From Candidatus Berkelbacteria bacterium (GTDB lineage: Bacteria > Patescibacteriota > UBA1384 > DTJR01), in the NCBI GenBank assembly GCA_026397175.1, contig JAPLVK010000021.1, positions 56,989 to 120,988 on the forward strand: 64,000 bases of DNA, read 5' to 3'. Both the position numbers and the translations under genes were made by a program. The notes beneath the pieces are model-generated. The model did no database searches. It had not been told where the DNA came from and saw nothing but the letters and a program-made list of their open reading frames with translations. Shown here piece after piece: positions 19,406 to 29,691 of this stretch. Within the stretch, counting starts at the first letter, position 1; each line of letters starts with the position of its first letter.

Positions 19406-22296
19406 ATTTTTCTTCTCCGATTGATATCAATTCTCTGTTTAAAATTGATATCACTTCCCAAGACCTGCAAAACCACGATGGAATCTATTATAAATTTAAA
19501 GAAATTGATTTTGACGACAATATGGCTATTGATGTCTCGGTGAACGATGAGAATGGACCGTTGCCGAAGTCAACAGTTGAGGTTTCTTCTCAAGGATGTT
19601 CAGTCCTTAGATCAAAAAGCCAGATGACCAATAATGATGGCGAAACCAATTTTCTTAATGCTGATTTATTGTGGTTTTTTACTTATTTAAGATTACCGGG
19701 GAGCAAGTGTTTGCCCTATATTGATATCAAGGTTTCAAAAAATGGATATATCACTAAGGTATTAAACTATGATGTCGAGAACCTAAAAAGCGATTCGTTT
19801 AGAGTGAATGGTCAAGTGTCAATAGGAGTAACCCTTCAGAAAACAAAACCAGATCAAAAAGGCATTATTGGTACAGTACTGGATGCCGATAAAAAACCTA
19901 TTGAGGGAGCAGATGTCTATTTGTGGCGAGACAAAGCTATCGGCTTGCCATTATATCTAAAACACTCTGATTCTTCGGGTGGATTTGAATTTGGAGATAT
20001 CACGGGTGGTAACTACATTGTTTCATCATTTCATAAGGATTATTTATCGACCGAAAACAGCAGGCGATTCATAAAATTACGAACAGGTGAAGCGCAGGAA
20101 CTTGAGCTGGTTATGACTAGCTATCCTCACGATTTGGCGGAAAATATCTATTCGTTACCGGTAACTGCGTTTGAGCGCGAGACACAGACACTCGTTTCAG
20201 ATTTAAGTGTCGAATTTGATCAAGGAGGTAAATCAGAAAAGGTCTCTGTCAATTCCGGACGACTTTATATTAATGTAAAACCTGGTGCTTTGAGAGTAAA
20301 AGCTACGCGAAGTAACGAGACACTTACATCTCAAGTAGAAATCCCATCTGATTTTAATGCGTTGAGCGATACGGATAAGCAAAATATTTACGATAAACTT
20401 ACTTTTTATTTTTCTAATCTATCGCACGATACCGTTGACCGTCAAATCATAAAAGTTCTCGATCAAAAAAATCAACCGGTTGCAAATGCCCAGGTGGTTT
20501 TCTCTTATAATGACATCTTGCCTTTCTTCTTGAGTGGAAAAATGGCTGGGCAAACAAACAACAATGGTATTATCAATCTGCCAAACGACTTTCAATATGT
20601 AGATATTAACGATCTTCCGATTGCTATGTCTGTGGTCAAAAAAATAACACAGTTTAAACTCGGTCTTCTCGGGACCTTATCCCTAAAAGTCAAACGCCCA
20701 GATAGCGAAACTATCTATCCGTTTACAGAGCAAGTAAAGGGCGCAGATAAAAATTATGAAATTATTTTAAAAATTCCTGTCCTTTCTGAAAACAGTTCTG
20801 CAACCAGCCATTCTATCAATGTGCAGATCGCTGATCTAATAAAATGGGCTAGTGCAAGCGCAGACGACCTTAAGCCATTATATCTTGAGAAGAAAACAGG
20901 CAAAAATTGGGAAAGAGTTCAAATTCAGCCATCAATCCAAGAGGAGTCGATTTTAAATGGATTGTATAAAAAGCGTTTCAAATCATACCCTCATCCCGAA
21001 AAGGGAATTTATCGAGCGAGGATGGAGGGGAGCGATTACATCAGTGAGGAAAAAGTTTTTGATGATAAAGATGATTTGGGATTCTCGATCAATGGCTGTG
21101 TAAATAATGGAAATTACCATAAAGTTGATTATCCGGGAAATATATTCTTTGTTATGGGTTCGGGCGAATACACGGCTTATCAAAATAATGCAGCGCGAAA
21201 AAAACTTTTTGATAAAATTGCCGGTGACTTGTTGCTAGCCAAGAATCATTCTGTTGATGTCGGGCCATTGGTGGTAATTTGGACAGGCGATATGATCGGC
21301 ATCAATGCTTTTATGACCGACCCGGTTGCAACATGCATGGGAGTAAATAATGCAAGACCGATAAAGTTTACAAGCGAGTTTTTAGCTCTTGCCGAGAAGG
21401 GAAATATGGACTATATTATCAGCCCGGTCGTTATTCATGAGTATGGGCATCAGGTATATGAAGTTCTGAAGACCCAAAATCCGGATTTTTATAATCGTTG
21501 GGTAGATTTGTTTAAAAACATTAAGGGTTCGCAAAATAGTTGTGTGTGGGATCGTCTTAAAGAAGGGAATATTTGGTCAAATTATGTCGGCCTGGGTGGG
21601 CATCCAGACGATGACTATGGAGGTACGCTACCAGGACATGAAATGTTTGCCTCGATGTATTCTTCTTATTTTTCAATTAATTTTCATAACCGGCTTTTGT
21701 CAACAATAAATAATTATTCATCCGGAGAATGCCAGAACACTCTCGCTTATATGTGGACTTTATTTTCGGAAAATGTTGGGGAGCTTGTGAGTGGAGACAA
21801 GATTGCGTTCCAACCTTATGGTGGCGGAGTTAACCGTGCCCGATATTCTTTTTCTCAAATCAAAAGCGGAGCTTGGCGAGCGGATAGGTTTGGTGATCTG
21901 GGTTTATCCGGACAGGTTTCTGTAATGTATCAAAAATTTATCGCTCCGCTTGGAAGTAGTACTCGTACGGCGGCAATCGAAGCTAAGCTCGCGATAATAA
22001 ATAAATTTATTGATCTCAAAACGACAGGACGCCCAAAAGGAAATATTGAGGGCGTTGTGGTTGATAATCAGAACCTCAAAGTTCGTAGAGCTATCGTTAA
22101 AATCGGTCAGAAATATGCGGTTACCGATGATTCTGGCAGATTTTCGATAATTGGTATAGCGGAGGGAAGCCAGAATATATCGAGTATTATATTATTTAAT
22201 ACCGGTGGAAGTTATTTAGTTCAAAAACCTGCCGGCAAGAAGATTGTGATTCAAAAAGACAAGACGGTCTTTGTTAATATTAAAGTAGACAAGTAG
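19360..22296 (+). CDS. Carboxypeptidase-regulatory-like repeats plus HExxH zinc metallopeptidase domain (3' part of the split gene)
   Basis: GIIGTVLD..PIEGADV repeats; VVIHEYGHQV and downstream HEMFAS. Confidence 0.75.
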   Translation: MFADATYTLIPKLNLDFSSPIDINSLFKIDITSQDLQNHDGIYYKFKEIDFDDNMAIDVSVNDENGPLPKSTVEVSSQGCSVLRSKSQMTNNDGETNFLNADLLWFFTYLRLPGSKCLPYIDIKVSKNGYITKVLNYDVENLKSDSFRVNGQVSIGVTLQKTKPDQKGIIGTVLDADKKPIEGADVYLWRDKAIGLPLYLKHSDSSGGFEFGDITGGNYIVSSFHKDYLSTENSRRFIKLRTGEAQELELVMTSYPHDLAENIYSLPVTAFERETQTLVSDLSVEFDQGGKSEKVSVNSGRLYINVKPGALRVKATRSNETLTSQVEIPSDFNALSDTDKQNIYDKLTFYFSNLSHDTVDRQIIKVLDQKNQPVANAQVVFSYNDILPFFLSGKMAGQTNNNGIINLPNDFQYVDINDLPIAMSVVKKITQFKLGLLGTLSLKVKRPDSETIYPFTEQVKGADKNYEIILKIPVLSENSSATSHSINVQIADLIKWASASADDLKPLYLEKKTGKNWERVQIQPSIQEESILNGLYKKRFKSYPHPEKGIYRARMEGSDYISEEKVFDDKDDLGFSINGCVNNGNYHKVDYPGNIFFVMGSGEYTAYQNNAARKKLFDKIAGDLLLAKNHSVDVGPLVVIWTGDMIGINAFMTDPVATCMGVNNARPIKFTSEFLALAEKGNMDYIISPVVIHEYGHQVYEVLKTQNPDFYNRWVDLFKNIKGSQNSCVWDRLKEGNIWSNYVGLGGHPDDDYGGTLPGHEMFASMYSSYFSINFHNRLLSTINNYSSGECQNTLAYMWTLFSENVGELVSGDKIAFQPYGGGVNRARYSFSQIKSGAWRADRFGDLGLSGQVSVMYQKFIAPLGSSTRTAAIEAKLAIINKFIDLKTTGRPKGNIEGVVVDNQNLKVRRAIVKIGQKYAVTDDSGRFSIIGIAEGSQNISSIILFNTGGSYLVQKPAGKKIVIQKDKTVFVNIKVDK

Positions 22297-22384
22297 TATT
22301 TGCAAACCGATTCCAGACCTGATATTCAACCAAAAAGTTGAAGTGAAATTAAGGCGTGAAATGCCTGAAATAAGATAGAAAGAG

Positions 22385-22411
22385 AAAAAGGCCGGCTCCA
22401 GCGGAGCCGGC
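22385..22411 (-). terminator. Intrinsic terminator
   Basis: GCCGGCTCC/GGAGCCGGC stem plus U tract on the minus strand. Confidence 0.7.
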
Positions 22412-22436
22412 CTTGGTGGACGGTGCGACCGACTCT

Positions 22437-22859
22437 TCATGGGCCGGTGAACTGGACACGGAAACATAGTGTCCAGATCGCTCGATCTTTATCTGCGGCG
22501 AAGATTGCGCTAATCCAGCCCTCGCGGGCCGAACCGGCACTGATTCTATAACCGCTCTCGCTGCGTTCAACCTTGAGACCGGGCGAAGCGAGAACGACAA
22601 GGGGTGTATTTCCCTCGAATAATGCCACTCCCTCGGCGGGGTACCATGTCCTGTACCATCCTGCCATCTTGATCTCAAGCTGGCCTGTAACCAGCTCGGA
22701 TTCCCCGGGATTGGAAGGTGTGCCGACCAAAATCGGGTCGGCATAGTACCCCCGTGCCCGCTCTGTCATTGGCAGCATTCTGCCGACTTGGATCCCGCTC
22801 GCCTGTGTCGTAGTTATGAAGCAGGCGAGTACGACAAAAATCATCGCGATTATCTTCAT
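22437..22859 (-). CDS. Small secreted hypothetical protein, GC-richer
   Basis: Signal peptide MKIIAMIFVVLACFITTTQA; own terminator. Confidence 0.65.
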   Translation of the reverse strand: MKIIAMIFVVLACFITTTQASGIQVGRMLPMTERARGYYADPILVGTPSNPGESELVTGQLEIKMAGWYRTWYPAEGVALFEGNTPLVVLASPGLKVERSESGYRISAGSAREGWISAIFAADKDRAIWTLCFRVQFTGP

Positions 22860-23093
22860 TTCAAACACTTCCTCGTTGGAAGATTACAGGGCAACATCTA
22901 GCGCCCTTAGAAATAAGACAGCTCATTTCTAAAAGAACAAGATAAATTACTATACCATAAAAACCCCAAAATATCAACCTGATTATAGCTTTTTGATGGT
23001 CTTAACGAAAGCTTTTAAGTCTCAAACTTGTATTTAGAAATGGAACTTGGGCTTGCATTTCAATTTGTGGTATCATATATGCGAGGAGGATAA

Positions 23094-24371
23094 ATGACCG
23101 ATGATTTAAATGTACAAAAGAAGGACGAAACCCCAATGGGGCCAAGGGAAAATGGTTTTGGTAATCAAATAAGCGATACGCCCCAAAAATCGCCACTCGA
23201 GGAAGCAAGCTCAACGCCGGATTCAGCTCCCGAAACGCCGGGTTTGGGTGTTTCTCAAAATCAAGATATAGCTGAACCGCAAGATTCCCCAAGTGACCAA
23301 ACTCCCTCCGAAGAAACCGCCCAAGCTCCCGACACCGACGAATTTTTAAAAAGTATTCTTGACGAAAAAAATCCTCCTGCCGAACCAGCCCCGAGCGCCG
23401 ATTCTCAACCGGTTTCTTCGGAGCCGCCAAAGACCGCAGAGACCCCAATCGTTCCGGAACTTCACGATGCGCCCGCACAGAACGATAATTCTATGGGTTT
23501 AAATCAGCCCACACCTCCCGAAGCGCCGACCCCTCAAGCTTTAACTCCCGAAACCCCAGCTCCAGGCGATTCTGCCTTGCCGCAACCGCCCGATCTTTCC
23601 ACACCCGATACCGGTATGGCTCAAGAAGCACCGATAGCACAAAGCCCAAACGAACCACCCCAAGAGCCCAAGATCAAAGATGAAATCGGGAACTTGGACG
23701 GAATCGTTTCAAGTCAAAAAGATAACCCAGACAAACCCGCATCAAGTGATATTTTTTCTGCTCCCAAAAATCCCGGGACTCCTAAATCGTCTTCTCTAAA
23801 ATTAATTCTTTTTGTCGGAGTCGCACTTATTGTTGTTGCTGCCGGCTATATTGGTATCAGCAAGTTATTCTCAAAACCAAGCACAACTACGGATTTGACA
23901 TCTTTGTCGGGTCAGACATCTGTGGCAGAAATTACCCAAAGTGCTACTGCAGCTATCGCGACACCCGATCAACAAAGAAAAGAGGACTTAAAGACCATCC
24001 AGCAGGCGCTTCTTAATTATTACGCTGCTCATGGGCAATACCCAATCGCAGCCGAAATTGTAATGTTGGGCACCTCGGGAAATATTCTGGAAAAGGAGCT
24101 GGTCCCGTCATATCTTAATAAAATTCCTGCCGACCCGATAGCCACCAAAAATTACGCCTATAAATCAGACGGCACGACATTCATTCTTTCGGCGGTTTTG
24201 GATGACGCGACGGATTCGGAGGGTGTCGTCGAAGGTGGACTGACTCTTTATAAAGTTACAAACTCCACAACCACAACCCAAGCGGCAAGCTCAACTGGCA
24301 CAACTGATTCGAGTTCAAGCGTAGATAATGCTTCATCTTCTACCTTGCCGACAAGCGCAACAGGCCTTTAA
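23094..24371 (+). CDS. Pro/Glu-rich membrane protein with a pilin/GspG-like globular domain
   Basis: Disordered N-terminus, TM, then DQQRKEDLKTIQQALLNYY..GQYP..YLNKIPADP. Confidence 0.7.
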   Translation: MTDDLNVQKKDETPMGPRENGFGNQISDTPQKSPLEEASSTPDSAPETPGLGVSQNQDIAEPQDSPSDQTPSEETAQAPDTDEFLKSILDEKNPPAEPAPSADSQPVSSEPPKTAETPIVPELHDAPAQNDNSMGLNQPTPPEAPTPQALTPETPAPGDSALPQPPDLSTPDTGMAQEAPIAQSPNEPPQEPKIKDEIGNLDGIVSSQKDNPDKPASSDIFSAPKNPGTPKSSSLKLILFVGVALIVVAAGYIGISKLFSKPSTTTDLTSLSGQTSVAEITQSATAAIATPDQQRKEDLKTIQQALLNYYAAHGQYPIAAEIVMLGTSGNILEKELVPSYLNKIPADPIATKNYAYKSDGTTFILSAVLDDATDSEGVVEGGLTLYKVTNSTTTTQAASSTGTTDSSSSVDNASSSTLPTSATGL

Positions 24372-24395
24372 AATACAAGTTACAAAAGGAGCACC

Positions 24396-24956
24396 ATGAT
24401 CGCATGGATAATTATCGGAATTTTAGTTGTTATTGTTTTGTATTTGATTTTAATTTATAACTCTTTGATTACGCTCAAAACCAGATCAGAAGAGGCGTGG
24501 AGCGACATTACGGTTCAGCTAAAGCGCAGATACGATTTGATTCCGAATCTTGTTAACGCGGTTAAGGCCTACGCAAAACACGAGAGAGAACTTTTCGAAA
24601 AAGTGACGCAGGCCCGAACCGCCGCCATTTCGGCCAAAGGCATCAAAGATCAGCAAAAGGCCGAAAATCAAATTTCCGAATCGTTAAAATCAATTTTCGC
24701 CGTGGCCGAGAATTATCCCAATCTTAAAGCCAACGAAAATTTTCTTAATTTACAAGGAGAGTTAATGGACACGGAAAACAAAATCGAGGCCTCACGAAGA
24801 TTTTACAATGCGAATGTCCGCGACTTTAACATCAAAATTCAGTCATTTCCCAGCAGTATAATTGCCAATTCGTTTAAATTTACGCAAAAGGATTTGTTCG
24901 AGGTTGAGGCCTCCCAAAAAGATGTTATTCAAAATCCACCCAAAGTTGAGGTTTAG
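24396..24956 (+). CDS. lemA: LemA family protein
   Basis: YNSL, QLKRRYDLIPNLV, AENYPNLKAN, RRFYN. Confidence 0.95.
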   Translation: MIAWIIIGILVVIVLYLILIYNSLITLKTRSEEAWSDITVQLKRRYDLIPNLVNAVKAYAKHERELFEKVTQARTAAISAKGIKDQQKAENQISESLKSIFAVAENYPNLKANENFLNLQGELMDTENKIEASRRFYNANVRDFNIKIQSFPSSIIANSFKFTQKDLFEVEASQKDVIQNPPKVEV

Positions 24957-25442
24957 ATGAAAAAAGTCCTCATTATTTTCGGGATTTTAATTTTGGCTCT
25001 AGTTGGTTATTTTACTTATCAGTCATATTCCGGCAAACCCAAGACGCCAAATATTTCGGAAAGTTTTACCGATAAGGGGTTTAGTATTTCCGGGCTTGGA
25101 AAGTCAATTGATACCGAGTATGTCAGCGACCCGATGAATTCTGATTTCGGAGTTGCAATTTATCCCAATTCGCAGCCGGCCGCAAATGTGCAATCGGCGG
25201 GCAAAGTTGATATCGGAGGTGAAAAGGCCTTAATTGGTACATTTAGGACTTCCGACTCGTTAGCCAAAGTGGTAACATTTTACACAAAACAAATGGGTTC
25301 GCAGGCGGTAACGGGGGATGTTGAGTCAAACGGTGTAACTTATAAAATTATCAAAAACCAAAATAACCAAGGCACGGTTATCAGTGTTTACACTCAAGAC
25401 AATTCAACTTTGTTTATTCTCGTCAAGCCGATTAAGACATAA
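24957..25442 (+). CDS. Membrane-anchored hypothetical protein
   Basis: N-terminal TM; abuts lemA. Confidence 0.75.
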   Translation: MKKVLIIFGILILALVGYFTYQSYSGKPKTPNISESFTDKGFSISGLGKSIDTEYVSDPMNSDFGVAIYPNSQPAANVQSAGKVDIGGEKALIGTFRTSDSLAKVVTFYTKQMGSQAVTGDVESNGVTYKIIKNQNNQGTVISVYTQDNSTLFILVKPIKT

Positions 25443-25502
25443 AATTTTTCTCAAATTAACTCCGGGTCTGATTTTTTTATTTGTATTAGTAAAATGCATA
25501 AG

Positions 25503-25538
25503 TTGACACAACCAACAAGAATTGTATAATTCTTGTTG
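25503..25538 (+). promoter_or_regulatory. sigma70 promoter with an 11-bp inverted-repeat operator over the -10
   Basis: TTGACA-16-TATAAT; CAACAAGAATT-4-AATTCTTGTTG. Confidence 0.75.
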
Positions 25539-25557
25539 ATACTAAAAAGGGAGAAAA

Positions 25558-25800
25558 ATGAAGACAAAAACAGTCAACATATCTTTGCCAAATAAACTTT
25601 TAGAGGAAATTGACCGCAAGGCGAAAGAGGAGTACAAGAGTCGCAGCGAATTAATCAGAGAGGCAGCGCTTCAGTATATTCAGGGCCGAGATAATTGGGA
25701 GCTATTTCGAATTGATGCAGCACAGAGAGCCAAAAATTTTGGAATCAAAACCGAAGATGATGTTGAGAAAATGGTTGACTCCACGCGGAAATTTCTTTGA
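25558..25800 (+). CDS. Ribbon-helix-helix (CopG-like) regulator or orphan antitoxin
   Basis: TVNISLPNKLLEEIDRKAKEEYKSRSELIREA. Confidence 0.85.
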   Translation: MKTKTVNISLPNKLLEEIDRKAKEEYKSRSELIREAALQYIQGRDNWELFRIDAAQRAKNFGIKTEDDVEKMVDSTRKFL

Positions 25801-25877
25801 AAATTCTGTTCAAATCTGGTTAAATCAAATAGAAGAGAGAAAATTTATCAATTAAATAATTAGTCAATTCAACAATT

Positions 25878-27635
25878 ATGGCGGAAAATAAAACCTGCAA
25901 ACAGTGCAAAAAAGAATTTGTCGTCACCGACGATGATCTAGCATTTTATAATAAAATCTCACCAACCTTTGATGGGAAAGTTTTTGAAATTCCCGCGCCA
26001 ACTTTGTGTCCAGATTGCAGAAACAGGCGGCGGCTCGGTGTACGGAATGTAACAAACCTCTACAAGAGGAAATGCGATCTTTGCGGCAGAGAAATGGTTT
26101 CAATGTATTCGCCCGATAAAACCGATCTAAAGGTTTACTGTTCTGATTGTTGGTGGTCTGATAAATGGAGCCATTCTGATTTTGCCCAAGATTATGACCC
26201 CAGTAAAAGCTTTATTGAACAAATTACCGAACTAAAACAAAAAGTACCGGCTCCTGCGTTGATGCATGCCGGCGATGAAAACAGTGATTATATAAATCTA
26301 GCCAATGACAACAAGAGTTGTTATTTGGTTTTTCTCTCTGGCAGAAATGAAGATACTTATTATGGTTATTGGTCGGAGGATAGCAAAAATTGCTGTGATG
26401 TTTCATACAACTCTTTTTGCGAGCTTTGCTACGAAGGAATAAATTTGGGTCGATGCTACAACGCTCACTGGGCTATTATGTGTCGCGATTGCCGCGATTG
26501 TTATTTCATCGAGGACTCATCAAATTGCTCTGACTGCATAATGTGTAGCCGACTTGCTCACAAACAATATTGTTATAAAAACAAACAACTTACGAAAGAA
26601 GAATACGAAATAATAAAAGCAGAGCTGATAGCCGGGCTCGAAACCAAGCTCGATGAATACAAAAAAGAATTTCACGAAATAGTAATTACTCAACCGAAAA
26701 AATACTCGCAAATTTTGAGATCTGAAAATTGTACAGGGGACAATATTTTCGATTCCAAAAATTGTCAACATTGTTTTATGACTTCGATGGCAGAGGACTG
26801 CAAATTTTGCTATGACTTAAATCGCGGCAAGGACTCTTATGATATAACCGGTTTTGGTATTCCAATCGAGCTTGTTTACGAATCGCAAAATGTTGGTTTG
26901 GGGTCGGGGCGTTGTGCTTTTATTAGCTTTGCTTATCAGCTCGCCGATTCTTATTATAGTGAGCACTGTTATTATTCAAAATATCTATTCGGCTGCGTTG
27001 GAGCCAAAAACCACGCTGAATATTGTATTTTGAACAAGCAGTATACAAAAGAAGAATACGAGAAGAAAGTTGCTGAAATAATCACAAACATGATGGCGAC
27101 CCCACTCCGCCCAGGCTCCGCGGGGCAGGGATGGGGTGAGTTTTTCCCTGCTGGTTTCTCTTCGTTTGGCTACAACGAAACGATGGCAATCGAATATTAC
27201 CCGATGCCCAAGGAAGAAGCCGAAAAACTCGGTTATTTTTGGTTTGAACAAAATAGCGATATTGAATTTAATGGCGTATCTTACGAACCGTTGCCAATTG
27301 AAAAATATAAAAACGATGAAACGGAGAGGCAGAAACTTTTGGGTGGAGTATTAAAATGTATCAAAACTGGTCGTCCATTTAAAATTATGCCTCAAGAGCT
27401 TCTATTTTATATCAAAAATAATCTTCCAATTCCAAAAGTGCATTGGGAGCAGAGAATGACCGACCGGCTGAATTTGATCAACCGAAATATACTCTATCAT
27501 CGTCAGTGTGACTGTGAGCAGGGTGGCCACGATCATGACGGAAAAAAATGCGAGAGAGAATTCGAGACAACCTACTCGCCAAATCAGCCAGAAAAGGTAT
27601 ATTGCGAGAATTGTTACTCGTGGGAAGAAAAATGA
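25878..27635 (+). CDS. Cys-rich zinc-ribbon-like repeat protein (CPR-type), paralogue 1
   Basis: Many CxxC; PAPTLCPDCR..RN; ETTY..VYCENCY. Confidence 0.85.
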   Translation: MAENKTCKQCKKEFVVTDDDLAFYNKISPTFDGKVFEIPAPTLCPDCRNRRRLGVRNVTNLYKRKCDLCGREMVSMYSPDKTDLKVYCSDCWWSDKWSHSDFAQDYDPSKSFIEQITELKQKVPAPALMHAGDENSDYINLANDNKSCYLVFLSGRNEDTYYGYWSEDSKNCCDVSYNSFCELCYEGINLGRCYNAHWAIMCRDCRDCYFIEDSSNCSDCIMCSRLAHKQYCYKNKQLTKEEYEIIKAELIAGLETKLDEYKKEFHEIVITQPKKYSQILRSENCTGDNIFDSKNCQHCFMTSMAEDCKFCYDLNRGKDSYDITGFGIPIELVYESQNVGLGSGRCAFISFAYQLADSYYSEHCYYSKYLFGCVGAKNHAEYCILNKQYTKEEYEKKVAEIITNMMATPLRPGSAGQGWGEFFPAGFSSFGYNETMAIEYYPMPKEEAEKLGYFWFEQNSDIEFNGVSYEPLPIEKYKNDETERQKLLGGVLKCIKTGRPFKIMPQELLFYIKNNLPIPKVHWEQRMTDRLNLINRNILYHRQCDCEQGGHDHDGKKCEREFETTYSPNQPEKVYCENCYSWEEK

Positions 27636-29359
27636 ATAAAACATGCAAACAGTGTAGCAAAGAGTTCATAGTCGAAGATGACGACCTTGCTTTCTATAAA
27701 AAAATCTCCCCGACTTTTGCAGGCAAGACTTTTGAGATTCCAGCGCCGACTTTGTGTCCTAAATGCCGGCTGATACGAAGAATGATTTGGCGAAATGAAA
27801 GAAGGCTCTACAAAGCGAACTGTAATTTATGCAAGAAAGATATTGTCTCGGTTTATTCTCCTAATAAAAAATTTAAAATATTGTGCCGGGATTGCTTTTG
27901 GTCTGATAAATGGGATCAGTTTCAATATGTGCTTGATTACGATCTAGAAAAACCTTTCTTCGAGCAATTTAAAACTCTGATGAAAAGTTCCTACTTGGTT
28001 AATTTATATTCGACCAATTGTGAAAATAGTGAGTTTGTAAATCAAGAGATGAATTCTAAGGACTGCTATTTGTGCACCGGAGGGAATGATAATATCGAAT
28101 GCTACTATTTAGAGAGCTGTATTCACGATACGAACTGTGTTGATTGCTACGGTGTCGGTTTTTCCGAGAAAGTTTCAAATAGCGAATTTTGCACGGTCTG
28201 CTTTTCCAGTCAATATCTTTTCAATTGCCACATGTGCCATAACTGTGTTTTATGCGATGATTGCACGGGCTGCGACCACTGTTTTGGATCAAAAAATTTA
28301 CGATACCAAAAATATCATTTTTTTAATGAGCCATTGTCGAAGGATGAGTATTTCAGTAGGGTCGGCGAATGCTTAAAGAATCCCGAACAACTTGAGAAGA
28401 ATAAGCAAAGATTTTCCGAGCACAAATTAAAATATCCTTACAAATATATGCTGACTATATCCTCCACCGACGATTGTAGTGGGGATGTTTTGATGAACTG
28501 TAAAAATACTGCGAAAAGTTACTACTGCTATAAAACAGAAAATACAAAATATTCTTACATTCTCGACTCAATGAAGGATGTCATGGATATTTTATCAACT
28601 GGTACTGGGGAGCTTTGTTTTGACTGTGCCTCTTCGAGTAATATCTATGGATCATGTTTTATTGACGCTTGCGAGAAAGTGAGAAATTCATATTACTCTT
28701 TTAACTGCACTAATTGTCACAATTTATTTGGTTGTGTAAGTTTAAATCATAAGGAATATTGCATACTAAATAAACAATATTCCAAAGAAGAATATGAGCG
28801 ACGAGTAGGGCAAATTATCAATCATATGCAAGAAACAGGTGAGTGGGGTGAATTCCTGCCGATCTCAAATTCACCCTTTTGTTTTAACGAGACAAACGCA
28901 AAAGAGCATTTCAACCTTGATTGCTCTGAGGCGAAACGAATCGGATCTTGCTGGCTGGACAAAGATTTCTCATCGAAATACTCAGGACCGATTTATACCC
29001 CTAAGGCACTCTCTAATTACCTGATAGGGGAAAATCCTCAAGCAGAAAATGAAATCGCAAAGTGCTTGCAAGGGGTTTTAAAATGTAAGGTCACGGGACA
29101 ATATTTTAAGATTATTCCGCAAGAATTAGTAGCTTGTATTAAGCAGAGAATTGAACTTCCCACAGAACACCCCGACCAACGCCACAAGGAACGTCTTGCA
29201 AAATTTAACAAGATGAATCTGTATAGTCGGCAATGTATGTGCGAAGAAACAAAGCATGGGCATAACGGACGATGCAAGGTAGAATTTGAAACCACCTACG
29301 CCCCGGATCGGCCCGAGCGGGTTTATTGCGAAAGTTGTTATCAAAAGGCGGTGATATGA
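27632..29359 (+). CDS. Cys-rich zinc-ribbon-like repeat protein, tandem paralogue 2
   Basis: Collinear with paralogue 1; start moved to ATG 27632 (ATGA overlap). Confidence 0.85.
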   Translation: MNKTCKQCSKEFIVEDDDLAFYKKISPTFAGKTFEIPAPTLCPKCRLIRRMIWRNERRLYKANCNLCKKDIVSVYSPNKKFKILCRDCFWSDKWDQFQYVLDYDLEKPFFEQFKTLMKSSYLVNLYSTNCENSEFVNQEMNSKDCYLCTGGNDNIECYYLESCIHDTNCVDCYGVGFSEKVSNSEFCTVCFSSQYLFNCHMCHNCVLCDDCTGCDHCFGSKNLRYQKYHFFNEPLSKDEYFSRVGECLKNPEQLEKNKQRFSEHKLKYPYKYMLTISSTDDCSGDVLMNCKNTAKSYYCYKTENTKYSYILDSMKDVMDILSTGTGELCFDCASSSNIYGSCFIDACEKVRNSYYSFNCTNCHNLFGCVSLNHKEYCILNKQYSKEEYERRVGQIINHMQETGEWGEFLPISNSPFCFNETNAKEHFNLDCSEAKRIGSCWLDKDFSSKYSGPIYTPKALSNYLIGENPQAENEIAKCLQGVLKCKVTGQYFKIIPQELVACIKQRIELPTEHPDQRHKERLAKFNKMNLYSRQCMCEETKHGHNGRCKVEFETTYAPDRPERVYCESCYQKAVI

Positions 29360-29541
29360 AAAAAATTTGTAAGTAGAATGAAAAAATCCCCCGCAAGTGA
29401 GGTATATAAACCTCGTGCCGAGGATCTCTGGTACAATAATATCATAATAGAATAAAATCTTCTATGCAGATAGACATCAAAAAATTCAAGCGAATAAAAA
29501 AAAGAAGCAGTCGAGTTTTATCTTGAAATTGCGTCGCAAAT

Positions 29542-29641
29542 AAAAAAATCCTCCATATCGGAAATCTAGAGGAGGATTAATTGGCACTTGTCTGCGGTTT
29601 ATGTTTTAACCGCGAGAGGACTAAAGCCCTCACAAGCACCA
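29542..29641 (-). ncRNA. Candidate ~100-nt sRNA (three-way junction plus terminator)
   Basis: TTGACT-16-(TG)CATAAT promoter at 29674-29647; stems need G-U pairs on the minus strand; hairpin plus U7. Confidence 0.5.
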
Positions 29642-29691
29642 TCTACATTATGGCAGAAAATAATGCAAAGTCAATAAGATAAAGGTTTACG

